Below, in pieces: positions 1 to 11,001 of a stretch of DNA of 40,825 bases. The notes beneath the pieces are model-generated. The model worked only from the letters and a program-made list of their open reading frames with translations, was not told the origin of the DNA and searched no databases. The translations under genes were made by a program, and so were the position numbers. The number at the start of each line of letters is the position of its first letter. Position 1 is the stretch's first letter. This stretch comes from Asterionella formosa (taxonomy: Eukaryota), in contig NKIB01014752.1 of assembly GCA_002256025.1 (NCBI GenBank), forward strand, positions 1 to 40,825. Direction: 5' to 3'.

Positions 1-870
1 CGTACAGTGTATATTCCTACGATGATCGTGCGTACAGTTATGGTTTAATTAAACCAAAAAATTAAACCCCCAGTTAAACCGGGTTTAATTTTTCTACTGG
101 CAAATACTGTTGTAACACGGTGCTTCCACTAGTATTTTCAGATCAATACCGTGCCAGTATTAAAATGACCCAGTAGACACATAGCAGAGGCCTACGGGAA
201 AATACAACTTGGGTTTAATTTTACCAATTACGGTACGGTACATTGAACCGCTTTTTCGATGTCGTTCTACAGGTACGTAGCTCGACTTCTGCTGTAATAG
301 CACCAAATAAATAGTTCGACGACAAACAAATGTGCGGGTAATAACAGTCGAACTGGTACCTGGTACCAGGAACCTGGTAGTCATGGATGATACGCGCATT
401 GCATAATAGTGTACCGGTAGTAGCGCTTACACGAAACATTTCGTAAGTTATTTCAATAGAGGTACCTGGTACCAGCTAGCTACATACCACTGGTATGCAT
501 TCATCCATTTTACCGGTATTCCCGCATCATGTGGCTGAATAAGGTATACGCACATTACCAGCGTGTCTGGTACATGGTACATGGTGCCGGTAAATATGAT
601 TAGTAGTTGTTTCGTCTATGTATGTACCACCTACGGTAGACCCGATAGTACTCTGGTATGTCATAAAACAGGCAGCAACAAAAATTCCTCATTTCAGAAT
701 CTCCGCGTTGCCGAGCAACTCTCCCTTTCCTCCTTCCATTTTCATCTTTCTTCTCAGACTGCTTTACAGCAGCATTTTCTATACATTCAGAACTATATAA
801 ATACCAAGAAGGAACGCAGGGATCAGCTAAGAACAGTAACAACAATCCTGCTGCTTCCACGAGAACAAAA

Positions 871-1374
871 ATGTCGTACACTGTCGATGCTTGGGACAAT
901 GAATACGCCCGCTTGAATCGTGCTGCTGCACAGCTTCGTACCACTGGTCATTCCTCCACCATGTCCGATCATCGAGCCCTTTCCACTGGATTGCAGCGAT
1001 TGGACCGTGATTTGAATGGGCTAGGGCTGCCGCAATCGGAAATTCAACGTCGGCGTCGATTGGTTCTGCAAATGCAACCATCCGCCGGTACTAACAATAG
1101 CGCGTTGACACAGCAAGATGAGATGATTGACGAGTTGGCAGTAGGAGTGGGACGATTGAAGCAGCAAACCATGCTAATTGGAGAAGAAGCAAAGTTGCAT
1201 TTAGGATTGCTGGGGGAAATGGAAACAAATGTGGACGCAGCACGACTCGGGTTGGAAGGAGAAACGCGGCGGGCGGAGCAATTGACTCAAGACAAGTCAG
1301 TTTGGAAACTACAATTGATCATTGCTGGGTTGTCTGTGCTGTTGGTTTTGTTGATTATCACGGGATTGACCTAA
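871..1374 (+). CDS. Qc-type t-SNARE (syntaxin-8/SYP5/syntaxin-6-like), tail-anchored
   Basis: 167-aa ORF with ATG in an 'aaaaATG' context. SNARE heptad motif 'QQDEMIDELAVGVGRLKQQTMLIGEEAKLHLGLLGEMETNVD', followed by a single C-terminal TM helix 'LIIAGLSVLLVLLIITGLT'. Confidence 0.85.
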   Translation: MSYTVDAWDNEYARLNRAAAQLRTTGHSSTMSDHRALSTGLQRLDRDLNGLGLPQSEIQRRRRLVLQMQPSAGTNNSALTQQDEMIDELAVGVGRLKQQTMLIGEEAKLHLGLLGEMETNVDAARLGLEGETRRAEQLTQDKSVWKLQLIIAGLSVLLVLLIITGLT

Positions 1375-2208
1375 TGGAACGACATTGTTGTGATGCGTGC
1401 GTGCCTGGCCAAGGCAGTTGGAAGAACGCAAAATCAGAATGGAATTCCGCGCCGGGCACAAGTTTAGATCTAGTCTCTCTCTATTTATAGTATGTATACC
1501 TTATTTTTAAATCTTAGATACGTGCAATTTCCAACTGTTGGCAATGATTGTCAATCTCATGAGATTGACAAATTCTAATTACTGGTATTATTCATCAAAT
1601 GGCTGCTAGGCCTCGAATGTGGCTGTGTCAGGGCGACTTGTTTTGCCCATTTCAATTTGCCGTCTTGCGAGCCGAGCGAATGCGAAGAAGGTTACTACCT
1701 GGTACCGGTACCACCGGTATGTGTACTCATATGTACATATCCATATGCACTTCAGTAAAACAATAATAATAACGGTAATCATTCTGAATACATATTTATC
1801 ATTGCTTTATTAATTTATGAATATAATACTATTGCAAAGAACGATTGTCCCTATGTATTAGCTAGCCCTTCACTAACAAACCCTCCTTGTCGTTGAAAGG
1901 CAGGTTGTACGAGCAGATAGCGGTAATACGATACCGGTAGCCAACTGCAAGACAGGGCAGCTGTTGCTGTTCTTTGTTTAAGAATGAAACGTGTTCAAAC
2001 GACATGCCGCACTGGTCCATCACGAGACGGGACGAAAGAATGGTAGATTCGTCCGATGTTTGCTAGTACATATTATGTGTACATGATGTTCGCTCTCATC
2101 AAAATAGCGGAGCACAACATATTTAACTTCCTTCACTTTGTTGCTGGCCATTAAATTCGTCAGTGCAGGCCTTTCACATTCAAGCCCACAGGCATAAAAC
2201 TATAGACC

Positions 2209-3537
2209 ATGAAGCTCTCTATCGCCCTGCTCCTCATCAGTCCCTCAGCTGCCTTTGTCGCCACTATGCGGCAGCATCAGCATCAGCAAAGAGCGCCTCT
2301 CTTTCTGACACCGGAAGAACGGATCAAATCGGTCGGCGCAGGCATCGCCTTGGTTCCGCCGGGAGGGAACTCGTTGTTTGACCCCGGTCAGGAAGGAAAG
2401 CTGGGAGGGACACAGGACCTAACCTTGCGACTCTCCCGGGGGGCGGCATATCTTTCCGCCGTCGCTGCGGCGGCACAGCCAACAGGGACTCTGGAGGCTC
2501 AACATTGGCTGGAGGACATTGGCATTCCTGCCAATTTCGCAAAGCCCACGGCCCCCGTCGCAGCAACAGTTCTCGGGCGCATGTCTCTGATTGATCCAGA
2601 TGCTCCTGGGGATATTCAACATGTATTGCTGAAACTACCTCCTGGCTTTCATTATGTGGAAGGACAGTCCCTCTATGTCATTCCACCTGGCCTGACTGAA
2701 CAGGGCAAGACAGAAAAGCCTCGATTGTACAGTATTGCCAGCACACGATATGGGGATTTGTTGGATGGATCTACAGTATCCTTATGCGTTCGACGCGCGG
2801 AGTATTATGATCCAGTGACTGGGATGCCGGACCCGGCCAAGGCAGGAGTTTGCTCCAACTTTTTGTGTGACATTTTGCCAGACCAAATGGTACAAGTGGC
2901 AGGACCAGTGGGAAAAACCATGTTACTACCAGAAGACCCATCGACGGATATCATCATGGTGGCAACAGGGACAGGAATTGCTCCGTTTCGATCCTTTCTG
3001 CATAGACTCTTTATGGAAACAACTGTAGCAAGGCATATGTATACAGGACGGGCATGGTTGATTTTGGGTGTCCCCACGACAGGGGGGTTGTTGTATGATG
3101 ATGAACTACAAGCAATGAAGCAGAATGCAGGTATGTGATATTATTATATATCATGAAACACTGACTATAGTTCTGCGTGATGAACCTTTTTTTTTCGCTA
3201 ATTATAACTAACCCATCATGTGTCATTCATCCACCAAACAATATACATTTTATCCGAAGCATTACCGAATCAACTTCAGATTGACTATGCAATTTCACGT
3301 GAAATGACCAATGAGAATGGTGGCAAGTTTTATGTCCAGGACGCCTTGGCCCAAGAAGCTGATCAATTGTTGGAGCGATTGCAGGGAGGTGCCAATATTT
3401 ACTTTTGTGGTCTAAAAGGGATGATGCCTGGGATTTTAGAAGCTCTGGAGGATGTTTGTGAGGAAAAGGGATTGAACTTTGCTGACAAACTCAAGGAGTG
3501 GCAAGGAAATCATCAATGGCATGTGGAAGTCTATTAA
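2209..3537 (+). CDS. petH: Plastid-targeted plant-type ferredoxin--NADP+ reductase; exons 2209-3130 and 3260-3537
   Basis: Motifs 'YVEGQS', 'PRLYSIAS', 'GVCSNFLCD', 'MVATGTGIAPFRSF', 'YFCGLKGM' and C-terminal 'WHVEVY'. Intron 3131-3259 (GTATGT...AAG, phase 1) restores the frame (G+CA = Ala). N-terminal signal peptide ends in 'SAA|FV', a diatom ASAF-type plastid motif. Confidence 0.93.
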
Positions 3538-4273
3538 GAAAACGACATCTTAGCATTATTATTATCGTTATTGTTATTATGTCGCTATCAATGCGGAAAA
3601 CCTAACCACACGCATTTGGTTCTCTAACCATTTCAAGTCGTTTGCATCCACTTGTTCCAATCTATACTTTGTGCTTTTTGCGAATGGTTTGATGCAATCT
3701 TGTCACTGCTATAACAATCAGAAACTCGAAAGTGTTCCACATGGTGTATTCTTATGAATGCGTTAATTATTTCCATCGACACTGATACCTAAGAAGTGGC
3801 ACGAAAATTCCCTGCATGCACTTTGAACGTTCCGAATATGTACAATTCGACCGTCGATTCCTAATTATTATAATCGACATGAAACGGCTGATTGATGATA
3901 CTGGAACCACTTGATGGTCTGTCTCATTTATTCCCGTGGGAGTCGTTGACGATATTGGTACTCTGCGTTGGTTCTCTTTCGTCAAAAGTAGGATTAGTGG
4001 CAAAAAACCTACTCAATGACAACACGACAACACAGCTTTGCTACATCATTCACCACACACACAATCCCCTATCTCGTCCTCACTCTCAAGGAATTGTGTT
4101 TATGAGCTACGAATAGGGTATTCTGCGTATACAGTAGCCATCAGTTACATCACCACCCCCCGCCCTATAATTTTTATTCCTCACTTATTCTCAAGTTCTG
4201 CATCACTTATTCTGAAGTCCTGTGTATACATCCGGTACATTCATATACTACAATCAAAATAATAATCGAATAA

Positions 4274-4777
4274 ATGATGGAAGCATCGTCCACCAGTACT
4301 GCTACTCCAGCATCATCTGAAAGTGAAATATTATTTGGTCGTCAATTCTACCCTGTTGATGATGATTTGTTATCTGACCCAGAAGCAGATCCATTTGACA
4401 AACCTAAGAAGGATGTACGTAAACCAGCATCACATATTTTTTCTTCGCCTTACTACCCTCCATCACCAGCACGACCTTTGGCAATGCATCATTATGGGTA
4501 TTATCATCATAATCCCTATTCGTATCATCATTCCACTTACGGAGAAGCAGCAGCAGTTGTTGTTGCTCCACCTTCCTTGTATCAGCAGGTACAGCAACAG
4601 AAGAAATCGAAGTATACTACAAGTACTATGGAAGTACCTCAACAAGAGCCTACTACTAATATTGCAAGAAAACAAAATTGCAATACAATACGTACAAGAG
4701 TAAAGACAATTCATCGTCATGATACAGCAAGCTCTGGCGAACATCAAGAAGTGTTGTCAAGTTCATCCTTCCATTAG
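4274..4777 (+). CDS. Hypothetical low-complexity (Ser/Pro/His/Tyr/Gln-rich) protein, possibly a truncated gene or first exon
   Basis: 167-aa ORF with 'aaATGATG' start and a HHYGYYHHNPYSYHH / PYYPPSP composition like disordered regulatory N-termini. No recognisable domain; degenerate sequence follows. Confidence 0.3.
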   Translation: MMEASSTSTATPASSESEILFGRQFYPVDDDLLSDPEADPFDKPKKDVRKPASHIFSSPYYPPSPARPLAMHHYGYYHHNPYSYHHSTYGEAAAVVVAPPSLYQQVQQQKKSKYTTSTMEVPQQEPTTNIARKQNCNTIRTRVKTIHRHDTASSGEHQEVLSSSSFH

Positions 4778-7302
4778 TCTGTGAAATCACTGTCACACTG
4801 TCTCTGCATATTTGAAATAAAATGGATGTCATCGTTCTTAATGATGGTTGCTGTATAATAAATTGTTTACATCTATATATATATATGTATATATATATAC
4901 CCGGTTCAGGTGGTCTTTGGTTGGTCGTGGAATGAATCTCGATGCAAAGATGTGTTGATGTATCTGTTGATACACATCCAGCAAATCACAATACCATCAT
5001 CGTGGTTATATATTTCTTTGCAAGTATCAACAAACATTGAATTCTCGAGTGGTGTCCTGGTACTACTACTGGTAGTCTGATGATGATACAGGTACAGCTC
5101 AGCGTCATGCTTCTTGACAAAGCAACAATCCCGAGCATTTTATTGCCATTCCTAATATGTTTTGAATAAGATAGATTGTCAGTATGGATCTTACATTATT
5201 TTCATTTCGGGTCTTGTCTTATTGATGAGTGTGGGTCTGGTAGACATTATCCTGAGGGCACAAGTACCATTCCATGTTTCCCCTCTCCTCTTGCTCTCAA
5301 TCTTGTCTCGAATAGTCTTGTAATGCCCCATTGATAAATGCCAATGTTCTGGAGAATCAATGTTAGAATTTGGTAATCAGTACACTCGTCTTGGTACAGA
5401 TATGAAGCTTATAATTTCTTGTAAAAGTTGATTGATATCTATCTATGCAAAGTTGTGACCAAACCGCTTGCAGTACACTCTACCTTTCTTTCTTCAGATG
5501 GATAATGGGTAATACTTTTTATTTGAACAAGGCTCTTGCTCCCTTTGCTCTTGCATGGAAGAGGAATATCAGAAATTAAAAATAATGTGCACATTGGTTC
5601 CAAACCTATGTAAAACTTTGTTGCCTCGAGAACCAATATACTTTACTTCTGGATCATCCCCCCTATGCATGGTTGCTGGAACCCCAACAACCTACACATT
5701 TTTAACCAAACATAGATAATGTAACATGCTATAATTCTTTTGGTCCTCGTAGGCACTAGTGTATAAATATTTATCTATCATGTTGCGATTCTTTTGTGCC
5801 TATGAAACACTAGAGAAGGTACTTTCATCATGTTGTTGCAACCTGCCTTGTTGACCATGACGAAAATACGAAAAAGTATCTCCACGAAAATTGCGAATGA
5901 CTCTTTGCTAGTACCATCTACATGTTTCAAGGACGACATGTAAAATAAATTTGTAAAAGGAGTAAAGTAATAACACTGATAATGACAAAAGAAAATTGAG
6001 ATTGCCCATAACAACCACATCAAATCGCGTTTTTCTTGCAAGGTGAAGAACTCTCGCATTTTTCACACCACAAAAATAGTTGTCATATTAAGAACACATC
6101 TTAGAAAAATGTGCGCTATCCTGTAGAACTAAAGAAAATTTTCTTAGTTCTAGTATTGGGGAAATTTCTTCATTGTATAGTGTACTATGGGGGGTCCAGG
6201 ACAATGTAGTATATGGTATACCTGATGGTACCTTGTAGACTACCAGTATATACCCAGTCCTCAAAATGTTAATTCTTTTGTTAGATACTAATATTAACGG
6301 TCATAGAATCATAATTTCAACATGCAACAATGCCCGTAGTCAAGATTTTCCAGTTTTCCGTGTTCATTGTTTAAACTACAACTTGCTTTGCTAGTTTCCT
6401 CGAGTTTTTGATGAGGCTTGCTTGTGAATATAAACCTATAGTGCTCTTTAGGACTATGGGGATAAATAACTTTTATTTGTTAAATCTTACATCGAATCGC
6501 ACTTGTGCCTTGATAGACACGAAAGAGAAAAGGAGGAGGAGAAATGCTTAGGCGGTTCTAAATCTTGTCCTTGGTCGTTGTCCTTCCAGAATTTTGATCT
6601 GATGTTCGAGTCAGAGACAGGCTCCTTCGCCTAGAGTGATTCCACCATCCCTGTACCAAGCCTGAATAGATATGTGGGCTGTTTTGATCCATAGTGCGCG
6701 CTTGTTGGTTATTGTGGGCGTTTGTGTTATGTGAAAACAGTCTTGTTCTTGATTTTGTAGATGTCATTGCTGTTGCGGCGCTCATTATGCTTTACATCAT
6801 TTGAGTAACTTCATTGCTTGCATGCTTGTTTGTTGTTGCTTGTTGTGGGCGCTTGTTGTGCATCACTTGTGTGTACTGAAAAGAGTCTTCTTGTTCTTGA
6901 TGTTGTGGATGCCTTTCATTGCTGTTGTGGCGCTTGTGATAGTATCCATTGCGTCCCTTGTCGGTTGCTGGATGAAGAGGGTGCATGCTTGCATCAACCT
7001 GTTGATTGTCGTTTCCACCAACTGCATTCAAATACAGACAACTCTTCGATTTATTTCTATAAAATGGTAGGGCTCATGTATGGCACAATGTTAGTGTACT
7101 TCGAGGTTAACAGAACTGCAGAAAAGAAGAGCAAAATATCCAAGTTAGCAGTAGAGTTTTTGTTGCATCAATCAAGCTCATCATTGTGATGAAACCACTC
7201 CTACATGATGTTTCTACATCGAAACATGCATACCAGCAGCACTAAAACTCCGAAAATTTTAAATTATTCTTGTTACTTGGCAATTTTCAACTTCCTTATC
7301 TT

Positions 7303-7387
7303 TCAGCCAAGCTTGGCCACATTTCAGACTTAAGCTCGCCATGTATGAATTAGCTTAAAAGTCTAAGATGTGGCCAAGATTGGCTGA
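7303..7387. repeat. Imperfect inverted repeat (~34-36 bp arms, ~15 nt loop), MITE-like hairpin
   Basis: tcagccaagcttggccacatttcagacttaagct ... agcttaaaagtctaagatgtggccaagattggctga. Confidence 0.75.
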
Positions 7388-7705
7388 CAAATGAAAGCAA
7401 TCGTTTTCGATTGACCCCTCATTTCCTTTTTTTTGATTGCAGCGACGAAACGAATTTAATTTAGCTTTCAACAATGCGAAGAAGTTAAAATTCTTTTTAC
7501 CCCTAGAATTAATTGCCCTTTTCCACTAAGATTAATTGCCCTTTTAATCGCATGTAGTTTGACGCACAACATGTTGCAATGTGTCATGATGAAAACAAAA
7601 CATAAACTGCTGCCGACAACGTCGTCGTCCTGATGATCGACAAGCGATGCTTCAACCGCTACGAATGTTGTTAATGTTGTTGTTGCTGCTGCTGTGACTA
7701 CAAGA

Positions 7706-10700
7706 ATGTCCTCTTGTTCTTATACTTGGTTTCTTCAGCCTCACCGCCGTGCTCCCGAGATTTGTCATATCAGTAATGTGACGGGTATTCCACTCATGGA
7801 AGGCATTCCTATTGGACGTCACGAATTACTTACTAGTCACTGGAAAGCATGCGGATGCAAACGAAACAGTTGCAGTATTTGTCAAACGATTAAGAAGGAA
7901 TTCAAGCTCATTTCGAGGACATTAATGATCCTGAAACAAACGAATCGATTGGTGGTCCTTGCTCGTGCTCCTACTGCTGATACCCCTGCTGCTACAAACA
8001 CGAATAAAATCGTATTTTGTGATTTTAAACTGGTGGAACCTTCGGGGGTTGAGCTACAAGAGGGGATGAGTATCTTGCTGAGACGAATCCATTCAGATGG
8101 GTCGGAAGCAATCCTTGACTTTGTTGTTCATCGTTGCAATAATGACGACGAACAGGAGTCCACCATGCGGCTCTTGACACAACGAGACGACTACGACATG
8201 GTTCCTCCTATGAGTCATGACGTTTCAGAACTGACGGATACAGGCATTCACCAAAATATATCAAGTTTGAGAAAAAAAGCCAAATCATCATTCGATTTTC
8301 CTAGGCAGATCTGCGTCGAAACGCAAGTAGAGCTCTCGGAACTGTCGGATCATGCAAAGCTATTACCAGCAACTTGTGGAAATGAGGAAAGCGACCCACC
8401 AGTATTAGGCTTGGAAAAACAACAGCTGGTACTCGAAGGACCATCAAGAATTCGAAAACAACAGCCGCCAGATACACTCGACGATTCACACGAACTCAGA
8501 CTGTTCACTCAGCAAAAGGCTCACAATGGAGCTAGTAATGATGACAAATGTACGTCGTCACTTGGCCGAAATTTAGGTAACGCGACTCTGTCACAACCTA
8601 GTCCAGACCAAAGCAAAGAACGTTTAACTAATTACACAAGTCTGCTACTTTGTAATGGCGAGAAAAACATTTCTGAACAAACATGTGTCGTCCCTCCTAC
8701 ATCAAGTGATGCAGAAAAGCGTGGCAAAAACTGCACTCAACACGATACCAGAAATTGGTGCGAAAGCCAATGTGACGATTCTATAACGCTTTTTTCTAAA
8801 CAGCACTTGAGTTTTCCTAACTGCCCGGATTCCGCCCCGTCAACACCAGCTCGTGTGAACTCATCATCTATAAAGAACACACCAGAATTCTTTCAGAGGA
8901 TGGAAGCTAAGTTGGATAAACTTGAAAGTAATGATGATGCATCGAAAGGGGAATCGTCAACTTGTCATGATTGGTTATCGCCGTGCTCGAAAGCTCAGGT
9001 AGATTGCAAAATGGAACATGTGCCAGTGCAAATTAATAGCAAAGCGGAGAAGGTCCAGGCCTTGGAACATCAGCATATCACAAACTCTGATACAAACACT
9101 GTTTTACTGTTTGACAACCCATCATTAATGCCTCTTCTTGATATTGCAGAGCACAGTCCTTGTGAATTAAGTAGCCAATCTGTCATTTTAGAGAAAGTAT
9201 CACCAGATCGACAATGCCTTGAATTGAGAAACGAATCGACGACTGTGGATAATCCAAAGGTGGTACTCCTTTTTCTTCAACTTGGCAGAAACATGATAGC
9301 TGAGCGAATCCGAATTTTGTCTCGCGTCGCTCGCGAAAAAGGCGCCGAGATAGTGGACGACTTTAGGGGGATACCAAAACCGACTCACCTGGTGATTGAC
9401 GCAAATGTCAAATCTACGAGTGTTGCAGAACTATTGGGCGTTCGTAATCCCGCACTTTTGGCGAAGGAATTGGAAGAACGGGGCATTGAGACCGTCAAAC
9501 CAGAATGGATAGGCCGACCCGGGAGCACGTGGAGCAACCCGACAATATTACAGCTCTGGAATGGATTGGTGAACTTTCAAGTCAAGTCACTAAAAGCTTC
9601 ACCCCTGGTTGATCGGAAACGACCGAGATCGCTTATTTCTGCTGGCATTGATTTTTCTCCAAATTCTGGATTTGATACGACTCCTAACAACCCGTGCTGT
9701 CCACGAAATCAAGCTCTTTCTGGAATCTTTCTTAATCTTTCTAGGGCGACAAAGAATTGTCCCCTTGATCCACTTGACGAAATGAAGTCAATGATGTTCA
9801 ACATGGTGGCGGGGAGACTGATGGAACTTGATTTCGAGGTTTTGGACCGTCCTGATTCCCTTGCGAGACTCAAAGCTATCAAGGGCCTTGGACCGACGTC
9901 ATTCAATATCGCAGTAGAATTTCTTCGGGAAGGCAGATGCCGTCGTCTTGAGTCATATGCTACTGATCCCTCTAAAGTCTCGATGACTACATTTATGGGA
10001 ATTTGGGGCGTTGGTAGAGCCATGGCCATGAATCTGCGAAACAATGGGTATGAGACACTAGATGATATTCGAGCTGCTGTTCAGGAGGGAAAATTGACTC
10101 TTGACCCCAGAGCTCGAATTGGGCTGGACTGTTATGATGACTTCAATGAAAAGATGACTCGGGAGGAAGTGGAAATGATTGGCGATATAGTTACGAAAGC
10201 CATTCGAGAAACACTACCCAATGCTGAAATTAGCATAATGGGCTCATACCGTCGAGGAAAGACAGGACTTGGTGACATCGATATACTCATAGTGGACTCA
10301 GAGTGGGTCAAAGATACCCCATGCGAATGGCTTGGTGCCCTAGTAACGAAACTTCACCTCTTGGGCCATATGGTTTACCATTTGACAAATATTGCTGGCA
10401 TTAGCTACGATAGTGCAAACAGCCAAACATCGTTGGAGTACCGACCGTCAAAGAAGAAAGGACATAAATCAAGAAAAACATCAACAAGTCAAAGCTATAT
10501 GGGAGTGTTTAATTCTCCAACAAACCCTGGTCGAAGGCGTCGTATTGACATAAAGTTTTATCCTTATCGGGAGAAAGCCTTCGCCCAACTATATTTCACT
10601 GGCAGTGGTTTCTTCAATCGCTCGATGCGTCTTTGGGCTCATCGATGCAAGGGAATGGTTCTCAATGACCATGGCCTCTTTCGCCCATTAGACAAAACTT

Positions 10701-10912
10701 TCAAGAGTTTGGAAAACGATCGACTTCCGATTGAATGCGCTACCGAACAAGAAGTTTTTGACGTGCTTGGGTTGGTGTACAAGGAGCCCCAGGAAAGAAT
10801 ATTCTATGATGCGGTGCTACCAAAAACCCAAGTTCAGCATGTCAATGTGGAGATAGACATAAAAGAAGAGGCAAATTACGAGCTTGGCCAGGGCTACGCG
10901 TGGATTGATTAA
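7706..10912 (+). CDS. Family X DNA polymerase (Pol lambda-like) with BRCT domain and long N-terminal extension
   Basis: Single ORF of ~1068 aa from the first ATG at 7706. BRCT-like 'LSRVAREKGAEIV...PTHLVID...VKPEWI'; HhH motifs 'IKGLGPT' and 'IWGVGRAMA'; nucleotidyltransferase 'MGSYRRGK..GDIDILI'; third Asp in 'RRIDIKFY'; 'LYFTGSGFFNRSMR'; 'LNDHGL'; 'TEQEVFDVLGLVYKEPQER'. Confidence 0.92.
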   Translation: MSSCSYTWFLQPHRRAPEICHISNVTGIPLMEGIPIGRHELLTSHWKACGCKRNSCSICQTIKKEFKLISRTLMILKQTNRLVVLARAPTADTPAATNTNKIVFCDFKLVEPSGVELQEGMSILLRRIHSDGSEAILDFVVHRCNNDDEQESTMRLLTQRDDYDMVPPMSHDVSELTDTGIHQNISSLRKKAKSSFDFPRQICVETQVELSELSDHAKLLPATCGNEESDPPVLGLEKQQLVLEGPSRIRKQQPPDTLDDSHELRLFTQQKAHNGASNDDKCTSSLGRNLGNATLSQPSPDQSKERLTNYTSLLLCNGEKNISEQTCVVPPTSSDAEKRGKNCTQHDTRNWCESQCDDSITLFSKQHLSFPNCPDSAPSTPARVNSSSIKNTPEFFQRMEAKLDKLESNDDASKGESSTCHDWLSPCSKAQVDCKMEHVPVQINSKAEKVQALEHQHITNSDTNTVLLFDNPSLMPLLDIAEHSPCELSSQSVILEKVSPDRQCLELRNESTTVDNPKVVLLFLQLGRNMIAERIRILSRVAREKGAEIVDDFRGIPKPTHLVIDANVKSTSVAELLGVRNPALLAKELEERGIETVKPEWIGRPGSTWSNPTILQLWNGLVNFQVKSLKASPLVDRKRPRSLISAGIDFSPNSGFDTTPNNPCCPRNQALSGIFLNLSRATKNCPLDPLDEMKSMMFNMVAGRLMELDFEVLDRPDSLARLKAIKGLGPTSFNIAVEFLREGRCRRLESYATDPSKVSMTTFMGIWGVGRAMAMNLRNNGYETLDDIRAAVQEGKLTLDPRARIGLDCYDDFNEKMTREEVEMIGDIVTKAIRETLPNAEISIMGSYRRGKTGLGDIDILIVDSEWVKDTPCEWLGALVTKLHLLGHMVYHLTNIAGISYDSANSQTSLEYRPSKKKGHKSRKTSTSQSYMGVFNSPTNPGRRRRIDIKFYPYREKAFAQLYFTGSGFFNRSMRLWAHRCKGMVLNDHGLFRPLDKTFKSLENDRLPIECATEQEVFDVLGLVYKEPQERIFYDAVLPKTQVQHVNVEIDIKEEANYELGQGYAWID

Positions 10913-11001
10913 GAGAATTGCACCGGAAAAGAATATTCATGTTCTAGCTTCTTATCGTAAAATTGGACCGATTCTCGGAAGGGTCTAACAGCGTAAAAGA
11001 A

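Noticed and set aside
160..944. Short ORFs rich in VPGT/WYQ/YLVP peptides (also 13728, 19702, 30275)
   Set aside because: These are translation artefacts of the GGTACC arrays.
4900..7190. Short ORFs at 5439-6059 and 6558-7189 as genes
   Set aside because: No recognisable motifs, mostly non-ATG starts, and low-complexity TTG-rich diverged duplications (~6700-6785 vs ~6825-6935). Probably decayed repeat DNA that I could not classify.
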